This document shows, piece by piece, positions 36,911 to 45,877 of a DNA stretch of 60,547 nucleotides. Under the pieces are notes generated by a model, which did no database searches, was not told where the DNA came from, and saw only the letters and a list, made by a program, of their open reading frames with translations. The DNA lies in NCBI GenBank assembly GCA_050696355.1, contig JBOGVD010000083.1:1-60547 (forward strand), in the 5' to 3' direction. Both the position numbers and the translations under genes were made by a program. How positions within the stretch are numbered: the stretch's first letter is position 1; each line of letters begins with the position of its first letter. Origin of the DNA: Actinomycetota bacterium. Lineage in GTDB: Bacteria; Actinomycetota; UBA4738; HRBIN12.

Positions 36911-38420
36911 TCAGTTGTAATGGCGGAACTCCAACCACATGTCGTGCATCGGCTCCCGCGAAGAGCGACAGAGCCAGATCCCGGCCCCTTGCTCCTCGTT
37001 GTCGACTCCCAGGCCGTTGTCGATCGTGTGGATCCGATGGACCTCATCGAAGAAGCCGCGCAGGTACTCCTCCTCGAAGAGCCCGACGGCCAGCACGACG
37101 GACGTCTCCTCGGGCGGCTTGCGCCACCACCAATACGTGTTGTGCCCGCTGTGCGGCCCGGGGAGCGCTTCGGCGTATCGCTCGATCGCCGCCGCCTCCC
37201 CGTAGCTACCGGTGAGGATGATGGCTCGCGATCGATCGTCGTCGGGCAGCGAACGCCAGGCGTGCGCCACCTGGGCGGAGAAGCTCGGCCATCCGATCTG
37301 CTCACCCAGGTCGTAGTTCGCTTCCTGCAGCGGCAGGTCGGCGAGCGTCCGAGCGGGCAGGACGGGGAGCACGATCGGGAGCGAGACGATCGTGAGCAGG
37401 ACGAGGGCGGCGGGGATCAGCATCCGCCTGGACCGCCCTCCGTTCCGCTTCCACCATCGCTCGAACGGAACGGCGCCCGCCGCGGTGAGGGGCAGGTACA
37501 TCGCGGCGACGTAGTAGGGCTTGACGCCGGCCGCCACCGCGAGCGGGACCGCGAGCACGACGTAGGCGATGCCGAGCGCTCTCCAGGGACGGCCATCCTC
37601 CGACCCGAGGACCCGGAGCAGGCCAGCGATCCACAGCGGCGCCGCGAGCCAGCCGGACATCGCGAACTGCAACGGCACCCACAGCGCGGTGGCGCCCGGG
37701 TCGGCGCTCCGTTCTCGGATCGCGCCGAAGACCTCGAGCTGGGCCCAGCCGTGGGTCGCCTGCCAGACGAGGTTCGGCGCCCAGATCACGCCGGCGATCG
37801 CTGCGCACCGCGAGGAACCAGGGACCCGCGAGCAGCCGTCGCTCCCGCCCGGCGAGGATCCCGAGGAACAACCCGACGACGAGGAAGCCCACCGTCCACT
37901 TGTTCAGCAGCGCGATCCCGACGAGGCCGCCGACGAGCACCCACAGCCTGACGTCGCCCGTGCGGAGGATCCTGAGGACCACGAACGTGATCGCGACCCA
38001 GAGCGTGACGTCGAGGGTGCTCGTGCTCAGCATGTGCCCGACCGTCAGGAGGCCGGTCGACGCGGCAACGGCGATCGCGGTGGCCGACCGGCCGAGGCGC
38101 CCGGCTCCGAGCTCCCGAGCGCAGAGCGCAGCGAGGACCACGGTGATCGCGGTGAAGAGGGCAGGGAAGGCCCGCAGGACGATCAGTGAGCCATCCGCCA
38201 GCTCATCGGCGAGGCGGGCGATCGCCGGCGTGATCGGAGGCTGGTCGACGAACCCCCAGGCGAGCCTGCGGCCGGCGACCAGGAAGTAGAGCTCGTCTCG
38301 GTGGTACCCGTACCGGCCGGCGAAGGCCAGGAGGATCGCGAAGGAGGTCGCAGCCGCGGCGATGACGGGTGCGCGAGCGAACGGCGCCAGATCCGACGCA
38401 TCCGCATCCCTTCTGTGCAC
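36911..38420 (-). pseudogene. Glycosyltransferase family 39 (PMT/ArnT-like) membrane protein with a frameshift
   Basis: ORF 37302..38420 gives ...YGYHRDELYFLVAGRRLAWGFVDQPP...LLAGPWFLA. ORF 36911..37789 and its upstream frame continue CAAIAGVIWAPNLVWQATHGWAQLEV.... The frames join at about 37808 (one extra base or two missing). Confidence 0.8.
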
Positions 38421-38538
38421 ACGGTGACTTTATGCGCCGGCATCGTTCTGTAGGGTCGGAGACGAGTTCCGCTCCCTTCCTGCCCGGCGCCGCGACGAGG
38501 CGCCCAGCCGCCACCGACCGGATGCGAAAGGAGGAACG

Positions 38539-38844
38539 ATGAAGGAGCCTCTGATCCCGATGAGCGATATCCCGTCCGAGGGGACCGTCACCGCCGATCT
38601 CCTCGGACGTGAGGTGTTGGTGATGATGCTGGGCGGAAAGCCGCGCGCTTACCTCAACGTCTGCATGCACCACGGGGGTCCGATGGTCCTCGAGGGGGAC
38701 ACGTTCACCTGCGAGTGGCACGGCTCGACGTTCGAGGCACGGTCCGGGCGCGCCCTCGGAGGCCCCGTGCGGCCGGACGCGCGATTGATCATGCTGCCGA
38801 CCCGCGTCGAGGACGGCGTCCTGACCTACGTCTACGACGAGTGA
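38539..38844 (+). CDS. Rieske [2Fe-2S] domain protein
   Basis: 101-aa ORF with RBS AAAGGAGGA. Cluster ligands CMHHGG ... CEWHGS (CxH / CxxH). Confidence 0.85.
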   Translation: MKEPLIPMSDIPSEGTVTADLLGREVLVMMLGGKPRAYLNVCMHHGGPMVLEGDTFTCEWHGSTFEARSGRALGGPVRPDARLIMLPTRVEDGVLTYVYDE

Positions 38845-38884
38845 CCATGACGTTCCCAGGATGAACACGCGGTAGCGTTCGACC

Positions 38885-40090
38885 GTGGGCAGGATCTCCA
38901 GGCAGGAGGCCGCCGATCGAGCAGGGGTCAACCTCGACCTCGTGAGCAGGCTCGTGGACCTCGGCCTCATGGTTCCCGACGCAGACGGCACCTTCTCGGA
39001 GGGTGACGCCCGGCGGGCGCGGCTCTATCGGGGCCTCGAGCGAGCGGGGCTCCCGATCGAGACGACGATCGAGGCGCTCGAGCGCGGCGAGGTGTCGTTC
39101 GCGTTCCTCGATCGCCCGCTGTACGACCGCTTCGCGGCCCTCAGCCAATCGTCGTTCCGGGAGGTGAGCTCCCGAGAGGGCATCCCCTTGGAACTCCTCC
39201 TGGTCGTGCGCGAGGCGATCGGTTTCGCCCAGACGGACGCCGACGAGCGGATGCGGGACGACGAGCTCCGTGTGGTTCCCCTCATCGCGCTGCAGCTCTC
39301 GAACGGGTTCGACCCGGCGGTGATCGAGCGGTGGCTCCGCGTCTACGGCGACGCCCTGCGTCGGATCGCGGAGACGGAGACGGACTGGTGGCTCACGCAG
39401 GTCGCGATGCCGAGCCTGGAATCCGGATCGAACGTGGCGGAGATGCTGGAGACCACGAACGAGTTCGGACAGGAGTTCGCGTCCCGCACGGAGCAGGCGT
39501 TGCTCGCGGTCTACCACGCACAACAGGAGCACACGTGGACCGAGAGCCTGATCGAGGAGGTCGAGAACGCGCTGGATCGGGTCGGCCTGTGGAGCAAGAT
39601 GGCGACGCTCCCGACGATCTGCTTCCTCGACATCACCGGTTACACACGCCTCACGGAGGAGCGAGGTGACGAGGCGGCCGCCGAGCTGGTGGCGCGTCTG
39701 ACACCCCTCGTCCAGCGGCCGGCCGATCGCCACGGCGGCAAGGTCGTGAAGAGGCTCGGCGACGGGGTGATGTTCCACTTCCGCGACGCACGGGATGCCG
39801 TGCTCGCCGCTCTGGAGATGCTCGACGCGGTCTCCGATGCCGCGCTGCCGCCGGCGCACATCGGCCTGGATACGGGACCGGTCGTCTTCCAAGGGGGCGA
39901 CTATTTCGGGCGCACCGTGAACGTCGCGGCGAGGATCGCGGAGCGGGCGGAACCGGGACAGATACTCGTGAGCCAGGGTGTCGTGGATGCCACCGATGTC
40001 GAAGGTCTCGCATTCACGGCGATCGGATCGGTCCTCCTGAAGGGTGTCTCCCGGCCCGTCGAGCTCCATTCGGCGGCGCGACAGGCATGA
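38885..40090 (+). CDS. Class III adenylate/guanylate cyclase with an N-terminal duplicated HTH-like (MerR-type) and helical sensor region
   Basis: 401-aa ORF (GTG start). N-terminal ISRQEAADRAGVNLDLVSRLVDLGLM and a second copy, FREVSSREGIPLELLLVVREAIGF. C-terminal cyclase motifs ICFLDITGYT, KRLGDGVMFHF, IGLDTGPVV, GRTVNVAARIAE. Confidence 0.85.
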   Translation: MGRISRQEAADRAGVNLDLVSRLVDLGLMVPDADGTFSEGDARRARLYRGLERAGLPIETTIEALERGEVSFAFLDRPLYDRFAALSQSSFREVSSREGIPLELLLVVREAIGFAQTDADERMRDDELRVVPLIALQLSNGFDPAVIERWLRVYGDALRRIAETETDWWLTQVAMPSLESGSNVAEMLETTNEFGQEFASRTEQALLAVYHAQQEHTWTESLIEEVENALDRVGLWSKMATLPTICFLDITGYTRLTEERGDEAAAELVARLTPLVQRPADRHGGKVVKRLGDGVMFHFRDARDAVLAALEMLDAVSDAALPPAHIGLDTGPVVFQGGDYFGRTVNVAARIAERAEPGQILVSQGVVDATDVEGLAFTAIGSVLLKGVSRPVELHSAARQA

Positions 40091-40094
40091 TCTC

Positions 40095-40574
40095 TCAGCC
40101 CCAGGACGTGAATCCGCCGACGATCGCCCCGTACACGACGTGCGCGATCGTGCTGACCAGCGGTGTGGCCGGGCCGTAGTTGCGCATGAAGAAGCTCGGG
40201 GCCTCGATCAGCGGGGACGCGCTCGCGTCCGTCCACGGCTTCCCCATGCGGGGATGCACCACGGGCAGGAGGATGTTCACGAGCGCCGTCGCTGCGAAGA
40301 GGCCGTGGGCGAGTCCGAGGGCCGCACCCGGCAGCCAGCCGCTCGAGTCGATCGCGAGGAAGATCACGTAGTACCCCAGGGCGAAGAGCGCTCCGAACCC
40401 GAAGTGCGCCAGGTACCCGAATGCCTTGGCCCGTGATCGATCCTCCGTGACGGCGGTGCCGAGGAGGAACGGGAGGTCGACGCGGGTGAGCCCGAGCTCG
40501 CTCGCCATCCGCAACACGGTCGTGAGGACGAAGGTCCCGACCAGTCCGCCGGCCAGCGCCCCCTGGATGCTCAC
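40095..40574 (-). CDS. Hypothetical integral membrane protein (4 TM)
   Basis: 159-aa ORF. GTG start overlaps the GH15 stop (GTGA). Four hydrophobic segments. Confidence 0.65.
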   Translation of the reverse strand: MSIQGALAGGLVGTFVLTTVLRMASELGLTRVDLPFLLGTAVTEDRSRAKAFGYLAHFGFGALFALGYYVIFLAIDSSGWLPGAALGLAHGLFAATALVNILLPVVHPRMGKPWTDASASPLIEAPSFFMRNYGPATPLVSTIAHVVYGAIVGGFTSWG

Positions 40575-42496
40575 GGGCGCCCCCAGCCGGACTCGGCGAT
40601 CGAGGCCGCCGCCCCGATCAAGGCAAGGTGCGTGAGCGCCTGGGGGAAGTTCCCCAGGAAGGCGCCGTCACCCGGGTCGGCCTCCTCCGCGTAGAGGCCC
40701 ACGTCGTTGGCCATCCCCACGAGCTGCTCCATGAGATCGACCGCCTGGTGAACACGGCCGGCCCGAGCGAGCGCGTCCGCGTACCAGAACGAGCAGGCGA
40801 GGAAGGCGCCTTCCGCGCCGGGGACGCCGTCCTGCCCCGAGTACCGTCTCACGAACGGGCCGTCGCGCAGCTCACGGTCGATCGCGTCGAGCGTCGCGGC
40901 CATGCGCGGGCCGGCCGGATCCGCGTACCCCAGCAGCGACCCGAGGAGGACGCTCGCATCGAGATCGTCGGAGCCGGCCGAGCGCACGTAGCTGTGGAGC
41001 CGATCCGACCAACATCGTTCTTCCACGAAGGCCCGGATCGCGTCCCGCTCGCGGTTCCATCGCGACACGCGATCGGCAGGGATGCGGCGCGAGGCGGCGA
41101 GCGAGATCGCCCGGTCGAGCGCGACCCAGCACATCATCTTGGACTGCGTGAACTGACGAGGCTCGCTCCGCACCTCCCAGATCCCGGAATCGGGGCCTGT
41201 CCAGATCTCGCAGACGAGATCGGCGATCCTCGCCAGCCTGGCGGCCACGTCCCGATCGAACCGGTTGCCCGCGTTCGAGTAGAGCCAGGCGCACTGGAGC
41301 AACGAGCCGTAGATGTCGAGCTGTGTCTGGTCGACGGCCGCGTTACCGGCGCGGACCGGCTGGGAATCCCGGTAGCCGCTCAAGGCCAGCGTGCGTTCGC
41401 GCGCCCGAGGATCGCCATCGAGCTGGTACAGGACCTGGAGACGGGGCGCCGTGATCTGGGACGCGTTCATCAGCCACCAGAAGTAGGCTTTCGCCTCGGT
41501 CGGATATCCGAGCGCGAGGAACGCTCCGATCGTGAACGCGGCGTCCCGGATCCACGAATACCGGTAGTCCCAGTTGCGAACCCCGCCGATCTCCTCGGGG
41601 AGGGATGTGGTCGCGGCGCCGGCGATCGCCCCGGACGGCGCGAAGACCAGGAGCTTGAGCGCGAGCCCGCTCCGGAGCACGGCGTCCCGGAAGGGCCCGT
41701 CGTACGCCAGCGTCGCGACCCACGTCCTCCAGGCATCGCGCGTCTCGTCGAGTCGGGTCACGATCTCGACTCGACCCGGGAACACGAGAGGCTCCCCTCG
41801 CGCGGCGGACAGGACGATCATCGACGTCGAGCCCGAGCCGACCTCCGCTCGCCCGGAGATCCGGCCCCCGCCGATCTCGGGATGACCGGCGCCGAACGAG
41901 CGGATCGCGATCGCGTCCGCTCGTGAGCTCGCGACGGCGACGCCGTCGCGAGCGACGATCCTCGTCGCAGCCGACGAGTATCCGAATCGGGGCTCAACGA
42001 TCCATCGCATCGGGACCGTTCCCGCGACGCCCTCGATCCGTCGTACCAGCTCCCGGAGCGGCACCAGCCCGCCGCCGTGGAACAACAGCCCGTCGGTGAC
42101 GCGGACCTCGCCGCCGCCGGTCGAGAACGTCGTCTCGAGCAGGTTGGTGTCGGGGAGGTAGCGACGTGTCGCGGTGTACGGGACGTCCGGCTCGAGGGCG
42201 AACCGGCCGCCCTCGCGCGCGTCGAGGATCGCCGCGAAGACGGAGGGCGAGTCGAGGTCCGGGACCGGGAGCCAGTCGATCGATCCGTCGAGGGCGACGA
42301 GCGCGACGGTTCGCCCGTCGCCGATCGCCGCGTATCCACGGATCGGCTCGAACCCATCCTCGTCTCGGATCGCATGCCTCCGTCCGGCTCTCCGGGCGAC
42401 CCCTCGGGTGCCCGACCGGCCGAGCGTACCTTCGGCGATCGAACCGCTGACCGCGCGGTACGGTGTTCGGAGACATCGGCGCGAGGAGAGCGGCAT
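40571..42496 (-). CDS. Glycoside hydrolase family 15 (glucoamylase/trehalase-like); 5' boundary unresolved
   Basis: Within ORF 40571..42715. GH15 similarity starts at FEPIRGYAAIGDGRTVALVALDGSIDWLPVPDLDSPSVFAA (about 42350). Catalytic region GGVRNWDYRYSWIRDAAF, and the YAEE acid region. The only in-frame canonical start is ATG 42496, which overlaps the folE start. ATG 42375 is out of frame. Confidence 0.85.
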   Translation of the reverse strand: MPLSSRRCLRTPYRAVSGSIAEGTLGRSGTRGVARRAGRRHAIRDEDGFEPIRGYAAIGDGRTVALVALDGSIDWLPVPDLDSPSVFAAILDAREGGRFALEPDVPYTATRRYLPDTNLLETTFSTGGGEVRVTDGLLFHGGGLVPLRELVRRIEGVAGTVPMRWIVEPRFGYSSAATRIVARDGVAVASSRADAIAIRSFGAGHPEIGGGRISGRAEVGSGSTSMIVLSAARGEPLVFPGRVEIVTRLDETRDAWRTWVATLAYDGPFRDAVLRSGLALKLLVFAPSGAIAGAATTSLPEEIGGVRNWDYRYSWIRDAAFTIGAFLALGYPTEAKAYFWWLMNASQITAPRLQVLYQLDGDPRARERTLALSGYRDSQPVRAGNAAVDQTQLDIYGSLLQCAWLYSNAGNRFDRDVAARLARIADLVCEIWTGPDSGIWEVRSEPRQFTQSKMMCWVALDRAISLAASRRIPADRVSRWNRERDAIRAFVEERCWSDRLHSYVRSAGSDDLDASVLLGSLLGYADPAGPRMAATLDAIDRELRDGPFVRRYSGQDGVPGAEGAFLACSFWYADALARAGRVHQAVDLMEQLVGMANDVGLYAEEADPGDGAFLGNFPQALTHLALIGAAASIAESGWGRP

Positions 42497-43211
42497 GGAG
42501 CCGGAGCAGGGATCGGTCGAGGACGTCGTCACGACGACAGCGGCAGGGGACCAGGACGGCGACGGCCGGTGGACCAGCGACCCCGAGGAGACGTCGCCCT
42601 GGGAACGCGTCCGACCACGAAGCATCACCGACGACCAGTGGCAGCGGTTCGAGGCCGCGGTCGGGGAGATGTTCGATGCGTTCGGCATGGATCTCGACAC
42701 CGAGGGCACGCACAACTCCCCGCGTCGGTTCGTCCGCGCGATGTACGAGGCGACGGCCGGTTACGAAGGCGACCCCAAGCTGCTCACGGCCTTCCCGACG
42801 GAGTGCCGCGGAGGCCCGGACTGCTCGATCAGCCAGGTGATCGAGGGTCCGATCCCGTTCTTCTCCCTCTGCGAGCACCACGCCTTCCCGTTCTACGGCG
42901 TCGCACACGTGGGCTACGTCGCGCACGAGCAGATCATCGGGATCTCGAAGCTGACCAGGTTGGTTCGCGTGTACGCGCGCCGGTTCACCGTGCAGGAACG
43001 CCTCGGTCAGCAGATCGCCGACCACCTGAACGACGTGATGGACCCACACGGTGTGGCGGTGCATCTCCAGGCCGCCCACCTCTGCACGCAGATGCGGGGG
43101 GTGCGGGAGGAGCGCTCGCGGACGACCACCTCGTTCTGGCGAGGGAACTACGAGCGTGACCCCGAGATGCGCCGGGAGTTCCTGACCGTCGCGCAACGAT
43201 CGAGTGACTGA
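42495..43211 (+). CDS. folE: GTP cyclohydrolase I (FolE, Zn type) with an acidic N-terminal extension
   Basis: ATG 42495 within ORF 42174..43211. THNSPRRFVRAMYE, FFSLCEHHAFPFYG, IIGISKLTRLVRVYARRFTVQERL, HLCTQMRGV. Confidence 0.9.
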   Translation: MEPEQGSVEDVVTTTAAGDQDGDGRWTSDPEETSPWERVRPRSITDDQWQRFEAAVGEMFDAFGMDLDTEGTHNSPRRFVRAMYEATAGYEGDPKLLTAFPTECRGGPDCSISQVIEGPIPFFSLCEHHAFPFYGVAHVGYVAHEQIIGISKLTRLVRVYARRFTVQERLGQQIADHLNDVMDPHGVAVHLQAAHLCTQMRGVREERSRTTTSFWRGNYERDPEMRREFLTVAQRSSD

Positions 43212-44019
43212 GCTCGACGTCTCCCTCCAGCCCCTCTTCGAGGTGGCGGGGGCGACGCCTCTAGAGCTCCCGGAGGCGCTGGAGACCGCGTACGGAGGGC
43301 CGTTCTGGCTCCCGGAACGGATCGTCTACGGGAACTTCGTCACCTCGGTCGACGGGATCGCGGCGCTTCCCGGCGTCACGATGTCCTCGGCGGTCATTAG
43401 CGGCGGGGCCCCTCCCGATCGATTCGTCATGGCGCTCCTCCGAGGAACGGCCGACGCGGTCGTCGTGGGCGCCGGAACCCTCCGCGAGCACGGCGGACCG
43501 TGGACCGCGGAACGAGCCTTCCCGGCCGGCGCCGAGCTCTTCCGCCGGGCCCGCGCCGCGATCGCCTCGACCGATGCGCCGACGCTCGTCGTCGTGACGT
43601 CGAGCGGAGAGCTGCCTCGCGATCATCCCGCCCTCGAGACCGCCATCGTCGCCACGACGTCGTCCGGGGCCCGGACGATCGAGGACCGCCAGATCCGGAC
43701 GGCGGCGATCATCGATGTCGGCGATGCCGACGGCGTGGACGTCCGGCTTGCGATCGAGGAGCTGCGCGATCGCGGGTTCCGCCGCATCCTGGCGGAAGGG
43801 GGGCCGACGCTGATGGGATCGATGCTCGAAGCCGGCGCCGTCGATCAGCTCTTCCTGACGATCTCGCCGACGCTCATCGGGGGCGGCTCCGGTCGTCCTC
43901 CCCTCACCGATGCGGCCGACCTCCTGGACTCGGGTCAGGGGATGCGGCTGCTCAGCATCCGCCGGGCGGAGGACTACCTCTTCCTCCGCTACGAGCTGAC
44001 CGTGAAGGGGACCCGATGA
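43204..44019 (+). CDS. RibD C-terminal-domain (pyrimidine reductase-like) family protein
   Basis: 271-aa ORF. The GTG start overlaps the folE end by 8 nt. YGNFVTSVDGIAAL, VVGAGTLRE, ILAEGGPTLMGSMLEAGAVDQLFLTISPTLIGGG. Confidence 0.8.
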   Translation: MTELDVSLQPLFEVAGATPLELPEALETAYGGPFWLPERIVYGNFVTSVDGIAALPGVTMSSAVISGGAPPDRFVMALLRGTADAVVVGAGTLREHGGPWTAERAFPAGAELFRRARAAIASTDAPTLVVVTSSGELPRDHPALETAIVATTSSGARTIEDRQIRTAAIIDVGDADGVDVRLAIEELRDRGFRRILAEGGPTLMGSMLEAGAVDQLFLTISPTLIGGGSGRPPLTDAADLLDSGQGMRLLSIRRAEDYLFLRYELTVKGTR

Positions 44020-44117
44020 TCCCATGATCGAAGAGGTCATCGCCGTCGGTTCTCGAAGGCTGGTCGCGTCGGAACCTTCTGCCTCCAGCCTCCGTCGTCT
44101 GCATTGTCACGTCGAGG

Positions 44118-44858
44118 TCAGGAGGTTGCTCGTGCACAAGCGTCGAACCATGATCGTTCCCGTGATGACCATGCTCGCGATGCTGGCGCTTGCCGGTCCC
44201 GCGTTCGCCGGCGGCCAGCCGGATGACCCAGCACCAAGCTGGCTGGGGACCGCGGTCGTGGTCGCGGTGCTCGTCGCCGGGGCGTTCCACGTCTCCGTGG
44301 TCGCTTCCGGGTTCGTCCTGCGGCGACGGCGTCGCTAGCGCCGTTCGCTATCGTGCCAACGAGTAGCAGAGCGGAGCGGAGCCGGAAGCCTGCCTTCTCC
44401 AGGCAGCGAATCGAACCGGTGTTGTCGACGTCGACCGCGCCGAAGAACAAGCGGATGTGCGCGACGTCCGGATGCTCGACCACCGCACCGATCGTCGCGG
44501 CATCGAGGCCTCGACGCCTCCGGCGAGGATCGACGACCAGCGCGAGACTCATCGACGGCACGTCGACGACCTCGGTCACCACCGGGTGGTCCCAGTCCGA
44601 GCCATCCCAAGCGGCGTACCGGTCATACGTCTCGCCGTCGACGAAAGCGACCGGCTCCCCGGACTCGCCGAGCGAGAGCCACATCTGCCTCCCGGTGACC
44701 TTCATCCCTCTGAACTCGTCGCCGACGGTCGACAGCAGGGAGGGTGCCCGACGGATCCAATCCCGATCACCGAGGCGTTCCTGCGTCTCCGGATCGTCGA
44801 ACCATCGCTCGATCCGTTCGACATCCTCAGCTCGGAGATCAACGAGACGCACACCCAC
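44118..44858 (-). CDS. GNAT family acetyltransferase whose 3' end is altered by a 5-bp tandem duplication (ancestral stop inferred at 44335)
   Basis: 246-aa ORF. GNAT core ...SLALVVDPRRRRRGLDAATIGAVV...NTGSIRCLEKAGFRL. After RLRSA it runs for about 75 Arg/Pro-rich codons antisense to 44132..44338. Deleting one copy of AGCGG (44370..44379) gives ...GFRLRSATRWHDSERR* with the stop at 44335. Confidence 0.7.
   Translation of the reverse strand: MGVRLVDLRAEDVERIERWFDDPETQERLGDRDWIRRAPSLLSTVGDEFRGMKVTGRQMWLSLGESGEPVAFVDGETYDRYAAWDGSDWDHPVVTEVVDVPSMSLALVVDPRRRRRGLDAATIGAVVEHPDVAHIRLFFGAVDVDNTGSIRCLEKAGFRLRSALLLVGTIANGASDAVAAGRTRKRPRRRGTPRRRAPRPRPRSPASLVLGHPAGRRRTRDRQAPASRAWSSRERSWFDACARATS
44132..44338 (+). 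CDS. Small secreted/membrane-anchored protein (68 aa)
   Basis: GTG 44132 has GGAGG 7 nt upstream. Signal-like MIVPVMTMLAMLALAGPAFAG, then a C-terminal TM segment AVVVAVLVAGAFHVSVVASGFVL followed by RRRRR. GC3 is high in this frame. Confidence 0.5.
   Translation: MHKRRTMIVPVMTMLAMLALAGPAFAGGQPDDPAPSWLGTAVVVAVLVAGAFHVSVVASGFVLRRRRR
44370..44379. repeat. 5-bp tandem duplication (AGCGG AGCGG on the + strand) inside the GNAT gene
   Basis: The + strand 44365..44381 reads AGCAG AGCGG AGCGG AG. On the coding strand this is CT CCGCT CCGCT CT. Confidence 0.8.
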
Positions 44859-44866
44859 TCATCCAG

Positions 44867-45412
44867 TCAACCACCCAGAGACGTGATCCCTGAAGCCCAG
44901 GCGGCTCCGAGGTCAGCATCTGCTGGGAACCTGCCGTCGAGCTCGAGGATCGTCATTCCGTGCGCGAACGCCCACGCCGCCCGGGCGCGGTCGGGGTCCC
45001 CCTGGACCGCGATCACGACCGGCTCGCCGGCCCACGCTTCGAGGCCCTCGGGCAGCCGCTCCCTGGGAAGCGGCCCGCCGGTCATGAGCCGGTACAGGTG
45101 CGGGTGGGCGAGCGCCCACCGCCGGTAGGCGCGACCGAGCTCCGTGAGCGCCTTCTTCTTCGACCCGCCCTTGGACGCCCGGGCGACCGCATCGTGGAAG
45201 ACCCCACCGATCTCGCGGAAGATGTCCACGATCAGCAGCGCCTCGAGCTCCTCCTTCGACTCCACGTGCTTGTAGAGGGAAGGGGCCCGGATCCCCATCG
45301 CCTCGGCGAGCCGCCGCATCGTGAGTCCCTCAGGACCTTCGCGCTCGAGGATCTCTCGAGCCACCGCGACTGCTTCGCTGACCCTCGGGCTACGGTCGGG
45401 CGCGAGGATCAC
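44867..45412 (-). CDS. TetR/AcrR family transcriptional regulator
   Basis: GTG at 45412 overlaps the upstream SRPBCC stop (GTGA). HTH LTMRRLAEAMGIRAPSLYKHVESKEEL. Confidence 0.9.
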   Translation of the reverse strand: MILAPDRSPRVSEAVAVAREILEREGPEGLTMRRLAEAMGIRAPSLYKHVESKEELEALLIVDIFREIGGVFHDAVARASKGGSKKKALTELGRAYRRWALAHPHLYRLMTGGPLPRERLPEGLEAWAGEPVVIAVQGDPDRARAAWAFAHGMTILELDGRFPADADLGAAWASGITSLGG

Positions 45413-45867
45413 CTCGCGTACACCTGACCGCGGCGCTCGGCCACGCGTCGCGCCAGGGCCTCGTTCATCGCGCGGAAGCCCTTCGCCGTCCCGCCGTCGC
45501 GGAGCTTCTTCCACATCAACGGCACCAGGATCCCGCCGAAGCGCTCGCTCTGGATGAGGCGCACCCGGCCGGGACCTGTCTCCTCGATCAGGAAGCGGTG
45601 CTCGCCGTCGAAGATCCCGCGCACGAGGAGGTGCCCGAGCCACCGCAGCTCGCGACCCGGCTCGGCCGCGAGCACCGTCGGGTGCATCGTGATCCCGCGC
45701 TCGCCCTCGGGCTCGAGCCTGACCTCGAGGGAGGCGCCCGAGCGCAGCTCGCCCTCGAGCTTCTTGATGAACGGGTTCCACTCGGTGTGCGCCGGCAGAT
45801 CCGCGAGGACGTCCCACACCTCCTGGGCCGTCCCGTCGAACTCGTTCTCGGTCCTCAGCTCCTTCAT
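45409..45867 (-). CDS. SRPBCC family protein (polyketide cyclase/dehydrase-like)
   Basis: 152-aa ORF with RBS GGAGGAGG. AQEVWDVLADLPAHTEWNPFI...LRWLGHLLVRGIFDGEHRFLIE. Confidence 0.85.
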   Translation of the reverse strand: MKELRTENEFDGTAQEVWDVLADLPAHTEWNPFIKKLEGELRSGASLEVRLEPEGERGITMHPTVLAAEPGRELRWLGHLLVRGIFDGEHRFLIEETGPGRVRLIQSERFGGILVPLMWKKLRDGGTAKGFRAMNEALARRVAERRGQVYAR

Positions 45868-45877
45868 GCCCCTCCTC

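Noticed and set aside
38484-38530. Possible guanidine-III (ykkC-III)-like riboswitch upstream of the Rieske gene (CGCGACGAGGCGCC...ACCGACCGGAUGCGAAAGGAGG).
   Set aside because: Only the ACGAGG-GCGCC segment resembles the motif as I remember it. The conserved ACCCGG...GGACAAGACGG part is absent, and the downstream gene is not a guanidine exporter or carboxylase. An Rfam/Infernal scan would settle it.
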